Virus record (IMG/VR): IMGVR_UViG_2565956631_000001
DNA: 4,119 nucleotides
DNA from: a virus
Taxonomy: Duplodnaviria > Heunggongvirae > Uroviricota > Caudoviricetes
Reading direction: 5' to 3' (one strand)
The translations under genes and the position numbers were made by a program. Below the pieces are notes generated by a model that was not told the DNA's origin, searched no databases, and saw only the letters and a program-made list of their open reading frames with translations. This document shows positions 1-4,119 of this stretch, piece after piece. Within the stretch, counting starts at the first letter, position 1. Each line of letters begins with the position of its first letter.

Positions 1-227
1 TTCGCATCAGCTAACTCCTTCGTGTATTTAGCATCGAGTGCATCAGCATCAAGCTGGCGCTGTTGCATGTCAGTAATGGTGGCGTTCGCCAGCTTCAGTT
101 CTCTGGTGTTTTTGTCGCGCTGCTCTTTGTAGGTAATGGCGTTATCACGGTAGTGATTAACAGCCCATGACAGGCAAACGATGATGCAGATAACCAGAGC
201 GGAGATAATCGCGGTGACTCTGCTCAT
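1..227 (-). CDS. Rz: Spanin inner-membrane subunit Rz, N-terminal 75 codons; the C-terminus lies beyond the left window edge
   Basis: Reverse-complement translation from the ATG at 227..225 gives [61 protein letters not shown]..., with a hydrophobic N-terminal membrane anchor. This matches lambda Rz as I recall it, and it sits directly downstream of R as in the lambda lysis cassette. The ORF track omits it because it is truncated by the window edge. Confidence 0.85.
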   Translation of the reverse strand, partial: MSRVTAIISALVICIIVCLSWAVNHYRDNAITYKEQRDKNTRELKLANATITDMQQRQLDADALDAKYTKELADA

Positions 228-229
228 AC

Positions 230-700
230 CTAAATCTCTCTGACCGTTCCGCCCGCTTCTTTGAATTTTGCAATCAGGCTGTCAGCCTTATGCTCGAACT
301 GACCATAACCAGCGCCCGGCAGCGAAGCCCAGATATTGCTGCAACGGTCGATTGCCTGGCGGATGTCACCGCGATCAATCATCGGCAAAGCGCCACGCTC
401 TTTAATCTGTTGCAGTGCCACAGCGTCCTGGCTTTTCGGAGAGAAGTCTTTCAGGCCAAGCTGCTTGCGGTAGGCATCCCACCAACGGGAAAGAAGCTGG
501 TAGCGTCCGGCGGCTGTTGATTTGAGTTTGGGGTTTAGCGTGACAAGTTTGCGAGGGTGATCGGAGTAATCAGTGAATAGCTCTCCGCCAACAATGACGT
601 CATAACCATGATTTCTGGTTTTCTGCCGTCCGTTATCAGTTCCCTCTGACCACGCCAGCATATCGAGGAACGCCTTACGTTGATTATTGATTTCCACCAT
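230..700 (-). CDS. R: Endolysin R (lambda-type lytic transglycosylase)
   Basis: 156-aa ORF starting [39 protein letters not shown]..., essentially the lambda R protein as I recall it. A GGAG Shine-Dalgarno lies about 8 nt upstream, and the start overlaps the 3' end of S as in lambda. Confidence 0.95.
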   Translation of the reverse strand: MVEINNQRKAFLDMLAWSEGTDNGRQKTRNHGYDVIVGGELFTDYSDHPRKLVTLNPKLKSTAAGRYQLLSRWWDAYRKQLGLKDFSPKSQDAVALQQIKERGALPMIDRGDIRQAIDRCSNIWASLPGAGYGQFEHKADSLIAKFKEAGGTVREI

Positions 701-1007
701 CTTCTACTCCGGCTTTTTTAGCAGCGAAGCGTTTGATAAGCGAACCAATCGAGTCAGTACCGATGTAGCCGATGAACACGCTCGTTATATAAGCGAGATT
801 GCTACTTAGTCCGGCGAAGTCGAGAAGGTCACGAATGAACCAGGCGATAATGGCGCACATCGTTGCGTCGATTACTGTTTTTGTAAACGCACCGCCATTA
901 TATCTGCCGCGAAGGTACGCCATTGCAAACGCAAGGATTGCCCCGATGCCTTGTTCCTTTGCCGCTAGAATGGCGGCTAACAGGTCATGTTTTTCTGGCA
1001 TCTTCAT
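684..1007 (-). CDS. S: Holin S, class I, with the dual-start MKM motif for the S107 antiholin and S105 holin
   Basis: 107-aa ORF starting [39 protein letters not shown]..., with hydrophobic transmembrane segments and a charged C-terminal tail. It matches lambda S as I recall it, and the two in-frame ATGs separated by a Lys codon are present. Confidence 0.95.
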   Translation of the reverse strand: MKMPEKHDLLAAILAAKEQGIGAILAFAMAYLRGRYNGGAFTKTVIDATMCAIIAWFIRDLLDFAGLSSNLAYITSVFIGYIGTDSIGSLIKRFAAKKAGVEDGGNQ

Positions 1008-1030
1008 GTCTTACCCCCAATAAGGGGATT
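1005..1030 (-). promoter_or_regulatory. S translation-initiation region: upstream stem-loop (CCCC-UUAUU-GGGGG), Shine-Dalgarno and the dual start codons
   Basis: Minus strand reads AAATCCCCTTATTGGGGGTAAGACATGAAGATGCC. The CCCC/GGGG inverted repeat immediately 5' of the start is in the position of the structure known in lambda to set the S107:S105 start ratio (established knowledge; folding not computed). Confidence 0.5.
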
Positions 1031-1120
1031 TGCTCTATTTAATTAGGAATAAGGTCGATTACTGATAGAACAAATCCAGGCTACTGTGTTTAGTAATCAG
1101 ATTTGTTCGTGACCGATATG

Positions 1121-1162
1121 CACGGGCAAAACGGCAGGAGGTTGTTAGCGCAACCTCATGCC
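1121..1162 (-). terminator. Hairpin with 3' GUUUUG tract upstream of S; terminator-like or pause element
   Basis: Minus-strand RNA: GGCAUGAGGUUG-CGCUAA-CAACCUCCUGCC followed by GUUUUGCCCGUG. The stem pairs 11 of 12 positions by eye. This segment is where similarity to lambda resumes, by recollection. Function not established. Confidence 0.35.
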
Positions 1163-1298
1163 ACCCGCTTTCACGAAGCCAGCCATTGCGCTGGTTTTCT
1201 TTTATGCAAAGCACACCGCACCGTAGCCACAGCGGATAAGGTGATTATTTTTGTCTATCTGGTATTTGGTTTGATGTGCTTTCAGAAAGGTCGTGATT

Positions 1299-1334
1299 AA
1301 AACGCAAAAAGCCCCGAGCTATTAACTCAGGGCT
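1299..1334 (-). terminator. Intrinsic (Rho-independent) terminator about 65 nt downstream of the pR' start; candidate functional equivalent of lambda tR'
   Basis: Minus-strand RNA: AGCCCUGAG-UUAAUAG-CUCGGGGCU, a 9-bp stem including one G-U wobble, followed by UUUUGCGUUUU. On the plus strand the same stem has a C-A mismatch and a weaker T-tract, so it is better formed in the minus orientation. Confidence 0.55.
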
Positions 1335-1356
1335 TTATTTAACGAGTGCATTTATC

Positions 1357-1398
1357 CATCGTTGAGTCAAATTTACCCAACTTTATTCAAAAAGTCAA
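1357..1398 (-). promoter_or_regulatory. Late promoter pR' with embedded Q-utilisation (qut) site and promoter-proximal pause element
   Basis: Minus strand reads TTGACT (1398..1393), a 17-nt spacer, TAAATT (1375..1370), then TGACTCAACGATGG. This matches the lambda pR'/qut region as I recall it, including the -10-like AACGAT in the initial transcribed region that induces the sigma70-dependent pause where Q loads. It lies immediately downstream of Q. Confidence 0.7.
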
Positions 1399-1440
1399 TA
1401 TCATGCTGTTAATATGTTGCCATCCGTGGCAATCATGCTG

Positions 1441-2064
1441 CTAACGCGTGACCGCGTTCAAAATGTTGTCTGCGATTGACTCTTCCTTGTGGCATTGCAC
1501 CACCAGAGCGTCATACAGCGGCTTAACAGTGCGTGACCAGGTGGGTTGAGTAAGGTTTGGGATTAGCATCGTTACAGCGCGATATGCTGCGCTTGCTGGC
1601 ATCCTTGAATAGCCGACACCTTTGCATCTTCCGCACTCTTTCTCGACAACTCTCCCCCACAGCTCTGTTTTGGCAATATCAACGGCCCGGCCAGTACCGT
1701 GACAATCTCTGCATCTTGCGCCCGGCGTCGCGGCACTACGGCAATAATCCGCATAAGCGAATGTTGCGAGCACTTGCAGTACCTTTGCCTTAGTATTTCC
1801 TTCGAGCTTTGCCACACCGCGGTATTTCCCCGATACCTTGTGTGCAAATTGCATCAGATAGTTGATAGCCTTTTGTTTGTCGTTCTGGCTGAGTTCGTGC
1901 TTACCACAGAATGCAGCCATTCCGAATCCGGCTTGTGATTGCGCCATCCCCATAGCAGCCATCACATCAGTACCGGAAAGAGAGTCAGAAGCCGTGGCCC
2001 GTGGTGAGTCGCTCATCATCGGGCTTTTTGGCGAATGAAATTTAGCTACGCTTTCGAGTCTCAT
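1441..2064 (-). CDS. Q: Late-gene antiterminator Q (lambda type)
   Basis: 207-aa ORF starting MRLESVAKFHSPKSPMMSDSPRATASDSLSG..., containing the Cys-rich zinc-binding motif CRDCHGTGR...CGRCKGVG. It matches lambda Q as I recall it. Shine-Dalgarno GAGGGGAAG lies upstream, and the start overlaps the stop of the upstream gene (ATGA). Confidence 0.95.
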   Translation of the reverse strand: MRLESVAKFHSPKSPMMSDSPRATASDSLSGTDVMAAMGMAQSQAGFGMAAFCGKHELSQNDKQKAINYLMQFAHKVSGKYRGVAKLEGNTKAKVLQVLATFAYADYCRSAATPGARCRDCHGTGRAVDIAKTELWGRVVEKECGRCKGVGYSRMPASAAYRAVTMLIPNLTQPTWSRTVKPLYDALVVQCHKEESIADNILNAVTR

Positions 2065-2249
2065 CGTCTTCCCCTCTTGCCCTGTTTGACCATCAGGACG
2101 CCGTTGACTATTACATGACGCTCGCCTTTGCTGTCTCGGTTGTACTTGAGCACTGTTCCTCTTGCGCAGGAAAGCATCCTTGCCACTTCGGTCTGATTGC
2201 CTCGTGTCTGGATAAGAAGCTCTGGTATCGTTTGAATTGTGGCGTTCAT
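2061..2249 (-). CDS. ninH: NinH-like small DNA-binding protein
   Basis: 62-aa ORF MNATIQTIPELLIQTRGNQTEVARMLSCARGTVLKYNRDSKGERHVIVNGVLMVKQGKRGRR. The core GNQTEVAR...RGTV.KY...IVN.VLMV resembles lambda NinH as I recall it and is helix-turn-helix-like. GGAG lies upstream; ATGA overlaps with both neighbours. Confidence 0.75.
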   Translation of the reverse strand: MNATIQTIPELLIQTRGNQTEVARMLSCARGTVLKYNRDSKGERHVIVNGVLMVKQGKRGRR

Positions 2250-2608
2250 GCGTTCTCCAGTTCGGTGATTTTTATTCCAAGCCTTCCGCCTGGTACTTTC
2301 ACGCCACGAATTACGCGAATGTCATCGAATTGCTCGTCGTCTTCCGCAAATCCGGCGTGGATAAGGGAGTCGAGTAAACCTTTCAGGATGTTGTCGAGGT
2401 CGCGGCGGCGGGAGTCTGGAACGTCTGCGATGACTTTGATGCGGAGTCGTGATTTGGTGAAAATGTCTAACTTAAGTTGGCGGATGATTTGCTGAACGTC
2501 TTTTCGGTATTTCTGGCCTTTATCGCTGATGTAGTATTGGCTTCCCCGTCTTCGCCAGTAGGTGTTCAGCGACGGCGGGTATGGAAGCACAAACTGATAT
2601 TCGTTCAT
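2246..2608 (-). CDS. rusA: RusA-family Holliday-junction resolvase
   Basis: 120-aa ORF starting MNEYQFVLPYPPSLNTYWRRRG..., with the RRRDLDN acidic motif and a C-terminal GGRL.I.I.E segment characteristic of RusA, which is 120 aa in E. coli. Strong AGGAGG Shine-Dalgarno upstream. Confidence 0.85.
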   Translation of the reverse strand: MNEYQFVLPYPPSLNTYWRRRGSQYYISDKGQKYRKDVQQIIRQLKLDIFTKSRLRIKVIADVPDSRRRDLDNILKGLLDSLIHAGFAEDDEQFDDIRVIRGVKVPGGRLGIKITELENA

Positions 2609-2895
2609 GGTTTAATCTTCCCCTCCTTCAGCAGTATCGCCTGCGTCCTGATCACGCCTTCGAGGTGGTAAAGTCTGGCGTCTTTGTTGTCGAGATTATG
2701 GGTGCGTCGGTCGATTTCATCGTGACACGCGCTACAAGCCCATGCGCCGATCAGGTCGTCAGGCTTCATCCCCGTTCCGCAAATTCCAGCCATCCGGTAA
2801 TGTGCCAGAACTGTAGTTTCAGGATTGCCATTGCATACGCCGTAAATACGTACCTGGCATTCTCTGCCGCGCGCTTCTTTGCGTAGATTAGCCAT
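2605..2895 (-). CDS. ybcO: YbcO-like DUF1364 protein (putative zinc-binding nuclease)
   Basis: 96-aa ORF MANLRKEARGRECQVRIYGVCNGNPETTVLAHYRMAGICGTGMKPDDLIGAWACSACHDEIDRR..., with Cys/His residues spaced for metal binding. It has the size and position (immediately upstream of rusA) of ybcO in the E. coli DLP12 prophage; the family assignment is from recollection. GGGAGG Shine-Dalgarno upstream. Confidence 0.7.
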   Translation of the reverse strand: MANLRKEARGRECQVRIYGVCNGNPETTVLAHYRMAGICGTGMKPDDLIGAWACSACHDEIDRRTHNLDNKDARLYHLEGVIRTQAILLKEGKIKP

Positions 2896-3617
2896 TAAGC
2901 AGCCTCCCCTGTTACTTTCAGCATTCCGTTATCGAGCAGCTTTCTGGTCAGCCACTGTTGGCCACGCCCGGTGATTTTTGTGGTGAACGATATCTGTATT
3001 CCGTGATTTGTGTTGACCGCTGTTTCTTTCACTGTGAAATAGCCGCGCTCCATATATTCCTGCATTGGCACATTTCTCCGGGAACCTGAAGCAATAAGGA
3101 TTTTGTGATCGCGCATCCACGCAAACAGTTTGTTTGGACCAATTCCAACAACCTTTGCAAAGTTTCCAATCAAAATTCCGCTGGCCTCGCCAACGCGATC
3201 GGCAAACTCAACTTTAGGTGCGGCAATTGCGAGCTGGTTTTCCAGTTGCATTTTCTGCTCAGCAAGATCAGCAGCAAGGCGCAACGCTTCTGGTAGCGTT
3301 TTGGGGATATTAACCGCAGCTTCTTCAAGCTCTCGCCAGCGGTCAACAAGGCGAGCGGTGAATTCCGGCGACAGCTGGGCTACAACGACAATACTGTCTC
3401 GCTTTCCTTGTTCGCCTTCGAATACATACACACAAAAACTTTGATTTAAGCCTAACCCATTGATTCTTCCACAATCCTCAATTTGAGGAAGCCGGATAAC
3501 ACCATTTTTAGCCAGCGTTTCGATGGTACGTTTCACATTGTCATGACGCTTACCTGTAAGCTCAGCGATTTCAATGCTTGTCATTTTGATGGCATTGCCA
3601 TTTATTAACTCATTCAT
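2895..3617 (-). CDS. Phage regulatory protein with N-terminal Rha domain and C-terminal KilA-C (antirepressor-type) domain; Roi-like
   Basis: 240-aa ORF. The N-terminus MTSIEIAELTGKRHDNVKRTIETL is typical of Rha-family DNA-binding domains. The C-terminus ...GNFAKVVGIGPNKLFAWMRDHKILI... is typical of the KilA-C/antirepressor domain. Shine-Dalgarno GAGGAAGAAG upstream; the start overlaps the ninF stop (ATGAATGA). Confidence 0.8.
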   Translation of the reverse strand: MNELINGNAIKMTSIEIAELTGKRHDNVKRTIETLAKNGVIRLPQIEDCGRINGLGLNQSFCVYVFEGEQGKRDSIVVVAQLSPEFTARLVDRWRELEEAAVNIPKTLPEALRLAADLAEQKMQLENQLAIAAPKVEFADRVGEASGILIGNFAKVVGIGPNKLFAWMRDHKILIASGSRRNVPMQEYMERGYFTVKETAVNTNHGIQISFTTKITGRGQQWLTRKLLDNGMLKVTGEAA

Positions 3618-3786
3618 CGTCTTCTTCCTCGTACATTGAGCTATTCGGATCGCTCATCAGTTCTGCGCAGCAGTGCTCACACACGTGAACTTCCAGCACA
3701 TGCAGCTTCTGACCGCAGTTAGCGCACGTTAAAGCTCGCTCGACGCTTTCTTTCTGGTATTGAAGGGATTGGGATGGGCTAAGCAT
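3610..3786 (-). CDS. ninF: NinF-like small Cys-rich protein (not in the ORF track; found by manual translation)
   Basis: Manual reverse-complement translation gives the 58-aa product MLSPSQSLQYQKESVERALTCANCGQKLHVLEVHVCEHCCAELMSDPNSSMYEEEDDE, near-identical to lambda NinF as I recall it. It is probably absent from the track because it falls below the length cutoff. AGGA lies upstream; its start overlaps the stop of the upstream ORF. Confidence 0.85.
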   Translation of the reverse strand: MLSPSQSLQYQKESVERALTCANCGQKLHVLEVHVCEHCCAELMSDPNSSMYEEEDDE

Positions 3787-4119
3787 TATTGGCGTCCTGC
3801 ATCATGAGAAATACGATCATGGCGGCGCGGAGTGGGTTATTGTCTATGGTAATAAATTCACAAAATCTATCCGCCTCCCACCAATATTCATTCTTCATTC
3901 CAGGATTATTTCTTTCGTATGCACATATGCTGATCTGATGTTTTGCGATTACAGGCCATGCGTCTGCTGGGTTATTGCAGTAGTCGTACCATCGATAATT
4001 ACCATTTGCTTCATTGCCAACAGACCGTCCATCTGCGTTGTTCGGATAACCTAATGGTTTTGCCCCAACTATCACTTTAAATACTCGCTTGTTAATTTCA
4101 AAATCACTTAACTGTGAAT
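3779..4119 (-). CDS. Hypothetical protein, C-terminal 113 codons; the reading frame stays open to the right window edge, so the true start is outside the window
   Basis: The track reports a 98-aa ORF from a GTG at 4075, but the same frame has no stop codon from 4076 to 4117 (...SQLSDFEINKRVFK precedes VIVGAKPLGYPNNADGRSVGNEANGNYRWYDYCNNPADAWPVIAKHQISICAYERNNPGMKNEYWWEADRFCEFITIDNNPLRAAMIVFLMMQDANNA). Same strand as the operon, and its stop overlaps the ninF start. I do not recognise the family. Confidence 0.5.
   Translation of the reverse strand, partial: SQLSDFEINKRVFKVIVGAKPLGYPNNADGRSVGNEANGNYRWYDYCNNPADAWPVIAKHQISICAYERNNPGMKNEYWWEADRFCEFITIDNNPLRAAMIVFLMMQDANNA

Noticed and set aside
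290-520. Plus-strand 76-aa ORF inside the R endolysin gene
   Set aside because: It is antisense to a confidently identified gene, has no convincing ribosome-binding site, and its product has no recognisable features. It is typical spurious antisense reading frame.
799-1023. Plus-strand 74-aa ORF antisense to holin S
   Set aside because: It lies entirely within the S coding region on the opposite strand and is Ala/Arg-rich as expected from antisense of a GC-biased gene. No support.
1103-1300. Plus-strand 65-aa ORF in the Q-S intergenic region, ending just before the hairpin at 1310-1334
   Set aside because: It starts at a TTG with no Shine-Dalgarno, lies in the regulatory leader of the late operon, and runs antisense to the conserved S-leader hairpin. 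The downstream hairpin is better formed on the minus strand. Most likely non-coding.
1008-1440. Possible moron cargo (toxin genes, tRNAs) between Q and S, as in Stx phages
   Set aside because: The interval is only 433 bp and is fully accounted for by pR'/qut, a terminator, and the S leader. No ORF with a ribosome-binding site and no tRNA-like cloverleaf is evident.
1557-1938. Plus-strand ORFs (78 and 79 aa) and the minus-strand 91-aa out-of-frame ORF (1572..1847) within Q
   Set aside because: All overlap the Q coding sequence, whose product matches lambda Q along its full length. These alternative frames are overlap artefacts.
2115-2886. Plus-strand ORFs of 126, 64 and 101 aa overlapping ninH, rusA and ybcO
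   Set aside because: They are antisense to three genes that have good Shine-Dalgarno sites and family signatures. The products are low-complexity and Ser/Arg-rich, with no independent support.
2929-3444. Minus-strand 63-aa ORF and plus-strand ORFs (63 and 104 aa) inside the Rha/KilAC gene
   Set aside because: They are internal or antisense frames of a gene with clear domain signatures and are not independently supported.
1-4119. CRISPR arrays, tandem repeats, insertion-sequence termini or integrase/att sites
   Set aside because: No regularly spaced direct repeats, long inverted terminal repeats or transposase/integrase-like ORFs were seen by eye. The window is densely packed with collinear phage genes.
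1-4119. A novel multi-gene defence or other system
   Set aside because: Every gene except the truncated right-edge ORF is assignable to a known lambdoid late, nin or lysis family on sequence grounds. The evidence does not support a new system beyond the single unknown ORF and the replaced leader segment flagged in the findings.

Overview
This window is the late-control and lysis region of a lambda-like (lambdoid) phage or prophage, with every supportable gene on the minus strand and transcription running from high to low coordinates. Reading in that direction: an unidentified ORF whose N-terminus lies beyond the window edge, ninF, a Rha/KilAC (antirepressor-like) gene, a YbcO-like DUF1364 putative nuclease, a RusA-type Holliday-junction resolvase, a NinH-like small protein, the antiterminator Q, the late promoter pR' with its Q-utilisation site, then holin S, endolysin R and the start of spanin Rz. 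The Q, S, R and Rz products match my recollection of the phage lambda proteins almost residue for residue, whereas the gene set between ninF and Q and about 190 bp just downstream of pR' differ from lambda, so the region looks mosaic. I do not see a clearly novel multi-gene system here. The least explained elements are the truncated unknown ORF at the right edge and the replaced pR'-proximal segment with its own promoter-proximal terminator. All identifications rest on reading the sequence and remembered family features; no searches were run.
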